The translations under genes and the position numbers were made by a program. The notes under the pieces were generated by a model. The model saw nothing but the letters and a program-made list of their open reading frames with translations, was not told where the DNA came from and ran no database searches. From the human T2T-CHM13v2.0 reference genome, Homo sapiens: DNA of 64,000 nucleotides. Shown here piece by piece: positions 13,319 to 26,064 of the stretch. Position 1 is the first letter of the stretch. Every line of letters begins with the position of its first letter. The stretch lies in assembly GCF_009914755.1 (NCBI RefSeq), contig NC_060926.1; one strand, written 5' to 3'.

Positions 13319-13968
13319 AGGCAGCGGGGGCAAAAAGCCTAGGCGGAGGGGGCAAAAAGCCGCGGCGGCGGGGGCAAAAAGGAGCGGGGGCAAAAACCCC
13401 ACAAAAACCCGCGGCGACGGGGGGAAAAAACCGCGGCGGCAAAAAGCCTCAGCGGCAGGAGCAAAAAGCCGCCGCAGTGGGGATAAAAAGCTGCGGTGGA
13501 AAAAACCCGTGGCGGCAGGGGCAAAAAGCCGTGGCTTCGGGGGCAAAAAGCCACAGCAGCAAAAACCCTCAGCGGCGGGGGCAAAAAGCTGTAAAAAGCC
13601 GCGGCGGCGGGGGCAAAAAACCGCGGCGCCAAGGGCAAAAAGCCGCGGTGACGGGGCAAAATGCCGCGGTGGCGGGGGCAAAAAGCCGCGGCGGGAAAAA
13701 ACCGCAGCGGCGGGGGCAAAAAGCTGCCGCAGCGGTGACGAAAAGCCACAGGGGCGGGGGCAAAAAGCCGCGAGGCGGGGGAAAAAGCCGCGGCGGCGGG
13801 CGCAAAAAGCCGCAAAAAGCCCCGACGGCGGGTCAAAGAGCCGCAAAAAGCCCCAGCGTCGGGGGCAAAAAGCCGCGGCTGCCGGGGCAAAAAGCAGCGG
13901 AGGCAAAAACCCGCGGCGGTGGCGGCAAAAAGCAGCGGCGGCAAAAAGCCGGGGCGGCGGGGGCAAAA
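13319..13968 (+). repeat. GC-rich CAAAAAG-type tandem array, copy 1
   Basis: Variable units of consensus CAAAAAGCCGCGGCGGCGGGGG (~22 bp, with 10- and 16-bp variants); CpG dense. Confidence 0.92.
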
Positions 13969-14100
13969 TAGTGGAAATGGGGTAGAAGGCCAGCACAGCT
14001 TGGCATTCCTGGACTGTGATGTGGAAGGAAAAGTGCAGCGGAAGACAAAGATGTAAGTAGGCTTGACTCAGTGCAGCTAAGAACTCAGATGTTATCTTGA
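13969..14100 (+). repeat. Duplicated array-flanking segment A, copy 1
   Basis: Matches 42430-42565 (GGCCAGCACA.CTTGGCATT...GCTTGACTCAGTGCAGCTAAGAAC.CAGATGTTATCTTGA). Confidence 0.92.
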
Positions 14101-14110
14101 TGTTATCTAT

Positions 14111-14236
14111 CAGCTGATTTTTTGTATTTTAGTAGAGAAGGGGTTTTACCACATTGGCCAGGATTGTCTGGATCTCCTGAGCTCATGATCCACACACCTC
14201 AGCCTCCCAAAGTGATGGGATTAGAGGCATGAGCCA
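14111..14236 (-). mobile_element. Alu left-monomer fragment
   Basis: CAGCTGATTTTTTGTATTTTAGTAGAG...CCTCCCAAAGTGATGGGATTAGAGGCATGAGCCAC; right arm missing. Confidence 0.88.
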
Positions 14237-15276
14237 CAAAGTGCTCAAAAAATCTATTAATTAAAAAAGTGTATGTAGCCGTCTTCAATCTACCATGTCC
14301 ATTAGCAGATAAATACTACAAGCAAAATAACAACAATGAAATAAACATAGACTTAGAGTAGATACTCTGATTTAATAAAAATTTGAAAGTAGACCAAATT
14401 ACGATTAAAAAAACTCTGTTACTATTGAGGATGAGGGTTAGTGTTTGGAAAGGGGCAGGAGAAGTATCACTATTTTTAGTAATGTTCTATTTTCATACAT
14501 GGCTATAAGCAAATATATGTGTTTCATTAATCAAGCTATCCATATTTAATCATTGTACTTTTCTGCATGTATGATATATGTCAATAAAATGTCTTAAATT
14601 ATATACAGCAAAAATAGACAAAACCACAAGAAGACATACATGAATGTTAAACCTAGAGAGAAATTTGAATATAAGTAAGTCTCTGAATGACTGCTAGAAC
14701 AAACCAAAAAATAATCAGGATGGAGAGGTTTGGAACAGCATGATTAGCAAAATTGACATATCTGTCTTTTAATATAGGCAGAAACATAGATTAAAAAAGG
14801 ACTTGTCTCAGAGTATGATTTCTGAAAATAGTGGAATCAAGTTTGAATCTAGTAAGTACATATAAATAAATGTCTTAAAGCTCTTATGTTAGCTAATTAA
14901 GAAATTATTGTAATAGATATTAGAAAATATTTTAATACATTGAGTGGATTTCACACGCTAAGGAAATGATCTTACTTGCATTTGATAGTTCAATTACATA
15001 CATATATACCTATAGGTAGTTTAAAATATTTCTAATAACCTTATATACTTTTAAAAAGCATTGATATCTGTTTGCACTATCTGGTCTATAGAATACACAT
15101 ACCAAACATGATTATAGCTCTTCTGCTATAAACTTCAAATGTCTAATTAATACAAAAATCTAGAATGAGAAGAGTTCTTTGCAATTTTTTTTTTTTTTTT
15201 TTTTTTACCAAATAGAATATAGGAAGGATAGCTGCAAATATACCTGACACACTTATCTGTGAGTATGGTGGTAGCC

Positions 15277-15569
15277 TTTTTATTTTATTTTTGAGAGAGG
15301 GTCTCAATTTGTCACCCAAGATGGAGTGCAGTCATGTGATTAGAGCTCACTGAAGCCTTTACATACTGTGCTCAAGCGATTCTCCCACCTCAGCCTCCTG
15401 AGTAGCAGGGACTGCAGGTGCATGACACCATACTAGCTAATTTTTGTAAAGATGGGGTTTCACCATGTTGCCCTGGCTGATCTCCAACTCCTGGACTCAA
15501 GAGATCTGGCCACCTTGGCCTCCCAAAGTGCTGGGATTATAGTTTTGAGGCACCGCGATCAGCCCAGCC
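15277..15569 (-). mobile_element. Alu SINE (AluJ-like)
   Basis: T-rich tail, GCTCAAGCGATTCTCCCACCTCAGCCTCC, CTCCCAAAGTGCTGGGATTA. Confidence 0.92.
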
Positions 15570-17324
15570 TTAAAAAAGGCTGACTAGAGATCTTTATCTA
15601 TGTATATCTATATCTATCTATAAAATAAACGTGTTTATTATATAAAAATATATATTATTAATATTATATAAAAATTTTTTTTCAAGGTAGAAATATATAA
15701 AGAGGGTGCATGTAGAGCCTGGGTCATTGTGTAGTGAAGCTCAAGGCCTCTGAAGAAATGCCCCTTGCCTCTTTTGTCTGGGCTAGAATCCAAGAAGGGA
15801 AAGCAGCAGATGCACTGGTTCCCAGGTTCTTGGCATCCTACAGAGAGAAACATGTTTGAGCTAGGATAGCGTTAAACACCCTTCTTCTCACTCTCCTGTT
15901 TTATGTAGTGAGCAGAGACTAGCTTCATGAGAACAGACTGTGACAGTCAAGGCTGTCTGTTATTTTGTGCAGCATTAATTGAGAAATTCTAGCACCTGAA
16001 GACCTCTGGGCCATTTGAGGGTAGGTGCAGGGAAGGAAAGGGAAGTTTGCATCCCTCCCGCTGTGGAGAGAACCCGTGGGAAGCACAGACCTTGTCCTAA
16101 CTAAAGGCAGACCCCCTTGCTAACCAGCTTCTCATCAGCCAACCCTGGATGAGTTTCCATGTCTATTTACTAAATAATCCTTATTGCTTTTCTTCATAGG
16201 GGCAAAGTATGGTTTACAGGGAATATTGTTCCTTTGAACACCCATTGTGCAAACTCCTTCCTGTTGTGGGAAAACAGGCTTCCATATGTGTCTTTTTGGG
16301 AAACACATTGGCAATTTCTATGTTTTTACTGCATCTATTTCTTGGATATGGGAACTGAATAGTGCCCATCAAAGGCTCACCTGATGTTGGATATTGATCT
16401 GAGAGCGCGGAAGGACAGAATTCTTTCTTTGTTCCTGGGCAGCCGTGGTTGAGGGATCATTTTGTGGCAGCTACAGTGGCAATGATGGAGGCAGAACGGA
16501 GGGCTCAGTACCAAGACAAGGAGAGACTTGGCCTCACAATGGCAGCATTGCAGGGGTGCGTTCTACAGAGCATTTGCTCACATGGTTTTGGGCATTGTCT
16601 CTAACTACATTGCTTCCCCAATAGGTTGACCCATTCTAAATAACTCCTTTTCTCTTTAAAACAGAAAACTTCATTTGTATGACTTGCAATTGTAAATGAC
16701 ACGAATTGGCCAGTTATCATTCAAATTCCCTGTTACTTAATCCTGCCTTTTTCTAACGTATGCAACTTTCCCCTAAAAAACTGGACACTTCGTTGCTTAT
16801 TCATTGTCTTTACACATTTTAAAATGTTGCTTTATGCCCCCAATCCCTAACTACATTTTCGATGTGTTGCAAGTGGAGTCCATGTGTTCTTGATTTACAT
16901 GAAGCTCAAAATAATGGTTATAGTAACTAGTACTTCATAATTAAGCAAAAAGCTCTTATTGAAAAATGACAGAACTATACATAGAGATGACAACATGGAG
17001 AGATATTTCCTGAGATCACAAAGTTATGGTATGGCAGAACTAGAAAGTTGAGTAGAGACTCTGTTCCCAATCATTATTTCTACCACCAGCTTTCTATTTT
17101 GATGTTAATAGTGTTCTTATGTGGGAAACCCTACATATTTGCCAGTGTTTAGTTCATTGACAAATATAAAGAACTTCAAGAACACTCTAATCTTTTAAAA
17201 ATAAAATATCTATAATTGGCCATATGAAAAAATTGGTACTTGACATATACTGAGATCGTTTTATTTTGTGCTAGACAAATGAAGTCATAGAACAGAATGT
17301 GCTTTAAATATTATGAATAGTGCT

Positions 17325-17327
<3 letters not shown>

Positions 17328-17369
<42 letters not shown>
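17328..17369. repeat. (TG)n microsatellite
   Basis: Perfect dinucleotide run. Confidence 0.98.
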
Positions 17370-17371
<2 letters not shown>

Positions 17372-19529
17372 ATAGATGCATATTAGGCTGCTGAAAAGTT
17401 TGACTATTCTTTCCAGGAGAGAGACTGCCAACTTTTGAACCTAATTAGTACAAGTATATTGCTTCTTCATATTTTTATTAAGGCAAAGAGAGTCTAGTTA
17501 AAAATAATTCAACTTATTGTGGAAATGCTATAAATTGCTGTGAAGTGAGTTGCTGGCTATGGCTTGTCAGAGCGAATATATTGTACAAATCTTAGGGGAG
17601 AATTAGTGCTTATGCATTAAAATCAAATCATCTTGCAGCACACTGAGAAAAAGGTTAGATTTTTAAAATAATTTCAAAGTCATGAAAAGAGCAAATATGC
17701 TCAACAAAGAGCCTAGCAACCCTCAATGACCAATTCCCCTTTTATATAGTTTGGTATCTGAATTAGAATCCCAGAATCTACAAATTCCTCTGGGTGTGGG
17801 TGCTGCATTTTGAGGATTTTATAACACTGCCATCACCAAGCTCTCTTTTGATATTCAATTTAAGGAGATAATTTACGGGCAACCAGAGAGCATACACCAA
17901 AGTAGGTATCTATCTAGATAGACAGATACATCTCCATATCATTGACAGGATACTTTCTGGCCGAGCGTGAGTACAACCTATGGGTGTGGTTGGAGAGAAC
18001 ATGTGTTCCACCTGAATGGCAGATCAAGATTATTCCTTCTCATCTGCTGCAATGGCTCAATGTGTTAAGGAGAGGAGTGAGACAGCAAGAACTGCATTCA
18101 TTCAGTCATACAGACCAAAAGGAGGAATGTCGCCCAGCCCTCTAAACTGACCCAGAACCCAGCTCATGTCTCAACTGCTACCTCTACTACTTAGAAAGAA
18201 GTAACTCCGCTAAAGCAGGGTTCTGGACAAATATATTTTTATTGATCATATACAAATAGATGAAGATGGACTTGGATGTTAAGAAAAATAATACTATACA
18301 AAATCAAGAGTAGACAGTCACCCCTAGACTTAAATTAAGAGTGTGTACATTAGATAATTTAATCCAATGTATCAGGTAAAAACTTGAACAAACGTTTTGG
18401 CCTCTTCCATAAAATTCAGGGAAGCATGTCCTCCACAAAACAGAATCAAAATATAAATGAAAGACTGGCTTAAGATGAAAGGAAACCTTATAAATGAAAA
18501 GAAGCCAGATGAGAGGCACTTAACTGAGAATGAAAAAAAACTGAGTGGACAAAATAATTATGAGAAGATGAATCTTCAAATCAGAAAGAGGGAAAAAAGC
18601 TCATTTGATACTATGGGAACTCAAAAGAGAGTGAACACAAATGTGAAAATTCCAAGAGTACAGAAAAGTAGCATAACTAAATTAAGAGCATGAGAAAATG
18701 TATACAATTCTGAGTAATAAGAACAGAAATCAAAAGTTAGTATTGTATGTTTTAGTAGAGCAACACTGAAGACGAATGAAAACAAGAAATAATATTAAAT
18801 ATGAACATATGGAGAACAGAACAATATTTTTAAAATTTTTAGTTTCTAAGTTTACCTGAAATTTTAATTTTGGTTTCTTATGTAATACCAGAGTTATTAG
18901 GAAGATATTAGCTAATAACACTATTTTCAGTGGTATTTTAAGTATTTGTCCTAGAAAAATTTCTATTTTTTAAAAATGTATATTTAAAAATACATTAAAT
19001 GTGTATATACATCAATCATATGTATCGATTTCTGTTTTTTTTGAATTGCAAATGAAATTTGTATTTTTGTATTCCTGGAATAAAATAAACTTGAATGGAT
19101 TGTGATATATTATTCATGCTGTAATTCAATGTATTTGAATTCTTTAAGAATGTTACATTTATAGTTAACAGATATTGACCTATAAATTTTCTTTCATATA
19201 ATGATGCTGTGAGACAATATAAGAAGAATTAAAATTTAAATTCATGTATTCCTACTTTTTCCTCTGTTCTCTAACTGTAATATATTTTAATTACAGATGG
19301 AGGAACAGATAGATGTTAGATAAATAGGTATATAATAGATCATCCAAAATTCTTATTGTTTTATGTAGTCAGTATTTACCTCTGTTTTTCTACATGTTTA
19401 TCCTTCCAATTTAGTTCATTACTTTCTGCACCTTTGATGTCATATACATAAACAGGAAATAACACATGGTGGCCGGGATGTAGAGAGAGCCACAGGACTT
19501 GTGAATACAATCCACAGGCAAGGATGTGG

Positions 19530-20182
19530 CGATTCCTTTTGCAGTATTGGAGGGAATGCCAAACGCTATGTTTGCTGTGGAAAAGAGTATGGTAGTTCCT
19601 CAAAACATCAAAATGGTATTGCCATATGATTCAGCAGCGCCACATCTCAGGATAGCAAAAGAATTGAAAGCAGAGTGTTGAAAAAATATTTGCACATCCA
19701 TGCTTGCAGCAGCGTTATTGGCAATAGCTAAAACGTAGAAGAAATTGAAGTGTCCAACAACAGATGAATGGATAAGCACAATATGATATATACACACAAT
19801 GGAATATTATTCAGCCTTAAACATGAGGGAAATATTCTGACATATGTTGCAACTTGGATGAAACTTGAGGATGTTATGCCAAGTGAAATAAGTTAGTCAG
19901 TGAAGGACAAATACAGTATAATTCCATTTGTATTAAAGTGGACAGAATCATAGAGATAGTACAATGATGGTTGCCAGAAGCTGTGGGGAGGAAGAAATGG
20001 GGAAGTATTGTTTAATGGGTATAGAGTTTCAGTTCTACAAGATGAAATGAGTTATGGAGATGGATGGTAGGGATGGCTGCACAATGTTATGACTATATTT
20101 AGTACCACTGAACTGTACACTTAAAATGGTTAACAGAGTACATTTTATTTTATGTGTATTTTACCACAATAAAAAAATAAAA
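19530..20182 (+). mobile_element. L1MB-like 3' end
   Basis: CAACAGATGAATGGATAA, TGGAATATTATTCAGCCTTAAA, TTTAATGGGTATAGAGTTTCAG, GAACTGTACACTTAAAATGGTT, A-rich end. Confidence 0.85.
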
Positions 20183-21859
20183 TACCTTAGGAACATTTTC
20201 CTGAAAGAGTCCACATAAAATTCATTTTAATGCATGTGTTTATGCATAGCTTTCTATTTTTCTCTTTTCTATTTATATTCCAAATTAGAATATAATGCTA
20301 ATCAAGCATAGTGGCTGTGTTTCTTGCTTCGTCTAGTCTGCAGGTAGCATACAAATGTAATAAACTACTTATTCATGTCACATCTATTTATTTTCTGCCT
20401 TATACCAAGCTTGTGGGATTCTCTTAAATACAACATTTTTATACTTACACCTAGGCAATACCCATTAGCATCGCCTTCCTAAATCAGGGGAAATTGAGCC
20501 TCTGTAAGGTGGAGTAACTTACTAAGATACAAAACTCAGCATTAAAGTCTGTATACTTCAATATCCTGCCCTCTTCTCATTTGTCTTTACTGCCTTTTAT
20601 GTATGTGTTAGATGTTCAATAAATTCTCTTTTTTAAACTGAATTTAAGCCGTGGAGCAGTGTTTTGTTGAACAATAAATATGATATAGGACACTCTTCCT
20701 CCCTTTCATTTATGATCCAGTTCATGAAAAAGAGAAATTCTTTCATTGTGCTAGAAGCTTAAAATAATGAAAATGCCACTTTCTACATTAAACAGAAACT
20801 GAAGGGAATCAAGGTGAATTGCACGAGACATAGAAAACAAGTGGGAAAGAAATCTAGTATAATTTGCCCTTTTTGTACCTTTATTATTTGGCGTTTGAGT
20901 AAATGTTTCCCCCAAATATCTTCCCATCTTAATTCATGTCTATGAAGTAGACATTTATGTCTCACCTTGTCAAGAAGGGCAAACTCTAACATAAACATTT
21001 CCCAAAAATGCTTTCTGCTAAAACGTAAGCTCAGTCTGGCTAGAAATGAAGCTCACTTCATAAAGATTAATTGGTAGCTAATCTTTGCATGCTGTTCTCT
21101 GAACCTGAGTGAAAGCTGTCCATCAGGCATACAGGGAATGACGGAAAAGGTGACAACAGAAGATGAATGCTATGTCACTAACCTTCAAAGATGACCTGCC
21201 TTTTCTTTCAAATTCTTGATATCTTAAGACTTCATTATTTCATCTCTCTTTGCCCTTGGTTCAACATTGTGCTATACCAAAACTCATGTAAAACAATGAT
21301 CTAATGTAATAAAAATGGCATTTTTCTTTCATGTAGATGCAAGCTAACTGGCATTTTTACAATCAACGTATTTCCTTTGTCAATTTTTCATTCTGTATTG
21401 GAAGTAATTGATAGGTATTTCTGAAGGGATGAAGGTGTTTCTGTGTTCATTGTGATCCAAACTATTTTTAGACCTAGGGGCATTTGTAAAACAATTTGTG
21501 CCAGCTGACCAAGGACCACTGTGGCAGAAAGCAGCAAACTTGCATAAGATGTCACTGCCTCATAAGTTGGCTTTGAAAACTAGGGGCTTACTCTATAGTC
21601 TTATGAATCAAAGACATTGATAGATGTAGTATAAGATTACAATCATATTTTCCTTTTGACAGTCACATTATAAAGCATGATGTATTGCAATTAATCTCAA
21701 TTAGCTGATCACAATTAAAATTAATGTTTATTATTGCTGATAAACAATCATGAATCTCCTGTTCTCAAATGTGCAAGTAATTCTTGTAATTTTAATACAA
21801 ATTTGCATATTATTACTAATTGATTTAATCTCATTGGATTTGGTTCATGGATCCAATTT

Positions 21860-22240
21860 ATTAAAATATTGGTAATGGGATAATGATTTGTCTCTCCATT
21901 TCATGTACGCTAAAAGCCACAATTCTTACAATGGTCTGCAAGCCCATCATGATCCGCTGCAGGTTAACCACGAAAATTCTTTTATTTCTTCACCCTTGAT
22001 CTTACCAGTGGTCCTGGCCACCTCACTGTCCTCTGGACATGCATGTTTGCTGCTGTCTTATGACCAAGACTCTAGTTAATTTCTTGGCTTGGAAAGATAG
22101 CCCTCCATATATCCATTGATCAGCTCACTCAACTTCCTCAAGTCTTTACTGAAACCTCACATTCTCGATGAGACCTATTCGGTATTTCAAACTGCCTCCC
22201 AGCTGCAACATTCCCAAACCCCGTACTCTTCTGTGTATTT
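21860..22240. mobile_element. L2 fragment
   Basis: AAAAGCCACAATTCTTACAATGGTCTGCAAGCCC and CCTTCCTCAAGTCTTTACT-like L2 3' region motifs, heavily diverged. Confidence 0.5.
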
Positions 22241-22242
22241 TT

Positions 22243-24620
22243 GAAAGGATTTATTGAGATATAATTTACATAGTGTAGAGTGCACACATTAATGTCTACA
22301 AGTCAGTGGCTTTTAGTATATGCACAGGTAAGTGGAGCCATCATCACAATGAATTTTAGAGCATTTTCTTCACTTCAAAAAGAAACCCCACCTTCTCTAG
22401 CTGTTAACCTCCTATGCACCCATCCCCTACTCAATCCTAAGCAACCACAAATCTGTTTTGTCTCTATAGATTTTCCTATTCTATTTTCATCTAAATAGAA
22501 TCATACAATAGGTGGCCTTTTGTGCCTGGCTTCTTTCAGTTGGCATAATGCTATCAAGGTTCATATATGTATTGGTACTTTATTTCTTTTTATAACTGTA
22601 GAACATTCAATTTCGTGGATATAAAATTTTGTTTATCCAATAATATTTTTATTGACATTTGAGTTGTGTTCAGCCTTTGGCTATTTTAAATACTGCTGCT
22701 AAAAATACTTGTGTACAATTTGTGTTTGAACACCTCTTTCCAATAATCTGGGTGTATACCTAGGAATACATTTCTGGGTCATATGACAATTCTATGTTTA
22801 ATATATTTAGAAGCCATCAAACTGTTTTCCAAAGTGGCCAGTTCTAGCCATAGAGTATCTAACTGTGGTTTTGATTTGTAGTTGCCTGATGAGTGATGCT
22901 ATTGAGTATATTTTTATGGGATTATTGGCCGTTCGTGTAACTTCTTGGGAAACACATCTATTCCTATCATTTATCAGTTTTGAGTTGGGATATTTGTTAC
23001 TGAGTTAAAACAATTTTTCTATATTCAAGATACATATATATATATACAGACATATAGACACGTGTTTTTCAAATATCTTCTCACAATTTTTGAGCTGCCT
23101 TTTGACTTGCTTGGTTGTCCTTTGAAACACCAATGTCTTTAATTTTTAAGAAATTTTAAATATCTAATTTTTATTTTGTTGCTCATGTTTTTGGTGTTAC
23201 AGCTATTTCTTTGCTAGATCCAAAATCCTGAAGATTTTCCCATATGCTTTATTCTAGCTCTTGCATGTATGTCTTTAATTCATTTGAGTTAATATTTTTG
23301 TATGCTTTGGGGTAAGGGTTCGAATTTATTATTTTGCAAGTGGTGATCCATGTGTACGTTGTTGACCCAGCTTGTTCAAGACTGTCTCTTCCTCATTGAA
23401 TTGCACATGGCACCACTGTAAGAATCCATTGACTATAGATACATAGTTTTATATATGGACTCTCCATTCTCTTCCATCAATCTATTTTTCCTTCATCAGT
23501 ATTGTGTTGTCTTGATTACTGATGCTTTGCAGTAAGGTGTGCAGCACGGGGGTGTGAATTATCCTATTATGTTTTCTTTTTTCAAGGTTATTTTGGCTAT
23601 TTTGAGTCCCTTGCGATTCCATGTGTATTTTAGAATCAGCTTGTCAGTTTCTAGACAGAAGTCTGTTGGGATACTTTTAGGGATTTCATCAAATCTGTAG
23701 TTCAAATTGTAAAGTACTACAATATTAAATCTTCCAATTCATGGCTATAAGACATTTGCTAATTATTTAGATCTTCTTTAAACAATAATTTTTAATTTTC
23801 AGAGTAAAATATTGTATCACATTTTCCAAATTAATTATTATTTCTTTTTTGACGCTATTGTAAATTGAAATGTTTTCTTAGTTTCATTTTGGGGTTTTCA
23901 TTGTAGATGTGTGCAATTGATTTTTCTATATTTATCTTGTATGCTGTAATATTGCTGAAATAATTTACTAGTTCTGTCGTTCAGTGGATTCCTTAAAATT
24001 TTCTATATACAAGAATGTTATTTGCAAATAAAGTTTCATTTCTTTCTATTCAATATGGGTGACTCATTTCTTTAGTTGCCGATTTGCCATGCATAAAATC
24101 TTTAGTATAATATTGACTAGAAGAGGTCAAAGTATATATCCTATTCTTATCTCTGACCATAGCGGGAAAGTATCCTTTCTTTTACCATTAAGTTGCATGT
24201 TTGCTGTTGGCTTTTCACAGGTGCCATGTATCTGGCGTAGAAAGTTCTCTATTCCTGGTTCATTGAGTTTTTATTTTTATTTTTAATCATTAAAGAATTT
24301 GGATTTTGTTAAATGTCTTTTCTGAATCTATCGAGATGATCATGCAATTCTCGTTTCTTATTCTATGGATAAGATATATTACCTTAATGGATTTTGGGCT
24401 GTTTAACCAACCTGGGATTACTTGTATAAATTTCACTTTGTCATAGTTTATAATTCTTTTATATGTTGCTAGATATGATTTGTTAGTATTTTTTAAGGAA
24501 TTTTGCATTTATACTTATAGTAGTTTTATTTTTCTATGCTATTTGGACTAATTTTTGTATCAAGGTAACACTGGCCCCACAGAATAAATTGGGAAGTGAA
24601 TATTTCTCTTTTTTAAAAAA
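22243..24620 (-). mobile_element. Old L1 (L1MB/L1MC-like) antisense fragments
   Basis: TTTATTGAGATATAATTTACATA 3'-end motif followed by antisense ORF2 motifs (GAATCAGCTTGTCAGTTTCT, TTTTCTGAATCTATCGAGATGATCATG). Confidence 0.82.
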
Positions 24621-24814
24621 GCTAGTCAAGAATTAATATCAATTATTCAATACTAACAAATATTATTGTTATAAATTATTAATTTCTCTAATTTTTATTT
24701 TCTTCCTTCTGCTTGCTTTAGGTTTGCTATTTTTTCCAGTGCCTTAATGTGGAAGGTCATCTTATCTCATCCTTTCATTTGTCTTTTCATTTTCTAAATA
24801 GTGTCTTTTTAGCA

Positions 24815-25240
24815 TCAGGTGAGCTCCCCAGGTTGGTAGTACTCCATGTTTATTGCTGTACAACAATGACAGGTAATATGTCCTGAAGACAATGGAAACT
24901 TAACATTCAAAATCCTCCTAGATTCCACCTTATATGATATGTCTCTTCCTTTAATTGGTCCTAATTTCTACCCTTTCTCTATTATAAACCATGAGTACAA
25001 TGGCATTCAATGAGTTCTGTGAGTCTTTCTAGTAAATTCTTGAATCTGAGGGTGTTCAGGGGAAACCCCTGAAATGGCAGTTGGTGTCAGAAGTGAGAAT
25101 CGTCTTATATGGCCTCTTCCTTTGAACTTTGCAGCTGGACCCAAACTCTGCATAATTTGGGCCAGAAGTCTCGTGTTGACTTTGCAGCCTAAAGTACCTT
25201 GTAGTTTGTCTAACCCTCAATAAATTTGCTTTCATCAAAT
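24815..25240 (+). mobile_element. MER21-like LTR fragment
   Basis: GAGTTCTGTGAGTCTTTCTAGTAAATT...GAAACCCCTGAAATGGCAGTTGGTGTCAGAAGTGAG. Confidence 0.65.
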
Positions 25241-25721
25241 ATTGTATTTGTTACCGCAAAATTACCATCATGTTTTTTTTCTCCAAATAACTAACATTGG
25301 GAGAAATAGCCAGCTGAATCTGTAACTCAACAGAAACAAGTGATCCATATACCATATACCATGTAAGTGGCCATTTTGCCTCCTTCCACCACATCTTAGC
25401 AACCTCAACCATTGCCATGAGCCACTGTAGGCCTACCGGCTACAAACAAACAAGTATCTTTTAAAAACACTTCATACTCCCATTTGATAAATTTCCCAGC
25501 AAAGAGATGTCTACTTTAACTCTATGCAAGTGGCTCATATTCACGAAGTCTGGAGATATTATTCATGTAGTGTGAGAAAATCATCCCAGCGATGCCAGCA
25601 CATTCTCCTTCCCATAATCTGCTTAGTTTGCAAACATATTCAGGCCATAGGTGAGAGATTTGTATTTCACAGTACAACAATTTTATGGAGGGCATTGAAA
25701 CTTACATTGAGCATTTTAGTA

Positions 25722-26064
25722 CAGTCACACATCACTGAATGATAGGGATACGTTCTAACAGATGCATCCATAGGCAATTTCATCATTTTGCAAACGTCAG
25801 AGAGAATATTACAAACACCTAGATTGTACAGCCTACCACGTCTGGGTTATACGGTATAGCCTCTCTCTCCTAGGCTACAAACCTGTGTACTACATTACTG
25901 TACTGAATACTGCAGGCAATAAGAACACAGCGGTAAGAGTTTATGTATCTAAACATACTTAAAACATAGAAAAGCATGTAAAAATATGTATTATAATCTC
26001 ATAGGCCCACTTTTGTATATGTAATCCATCTTTGACTGAAATGTTATTATGCATGACATGACTC
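25722..26064 (+). mobile_element. Tigger3a (MER7A)-like non-autonomous DNA transposon
   Basis: TA-CAGTCA...CATGACT(C)-TA terminal inverted repeats with TA TSD; CCTAGGCTACAAACCTGT and ACTGTACTGAATACTG internal motifs. Confidence 0.85.

Noticed and set aside
13319-13968. CRISPR-like repeat-spacer pattern
   Set aside because: Primate DNA; inter-repeat segments are degenerate copies of one motif, not unique spacers, and there are no cas genes.
13307-14048. Overlapping 71-229 aa ORFs on both strands (Gly/Lys/Arg/Ala-rich, histone-tail-like or Pro/Phe-rich)
   Set aside because: Translations of the CAAAAAG array, which is stop-poor in most frames; no domain or codon structure.
15700-16630. GC-richer segment resembling an exon or ancient LTR
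   Set aside because: No ORF homology, splice architecture or repeat family could be assigned with confidence.
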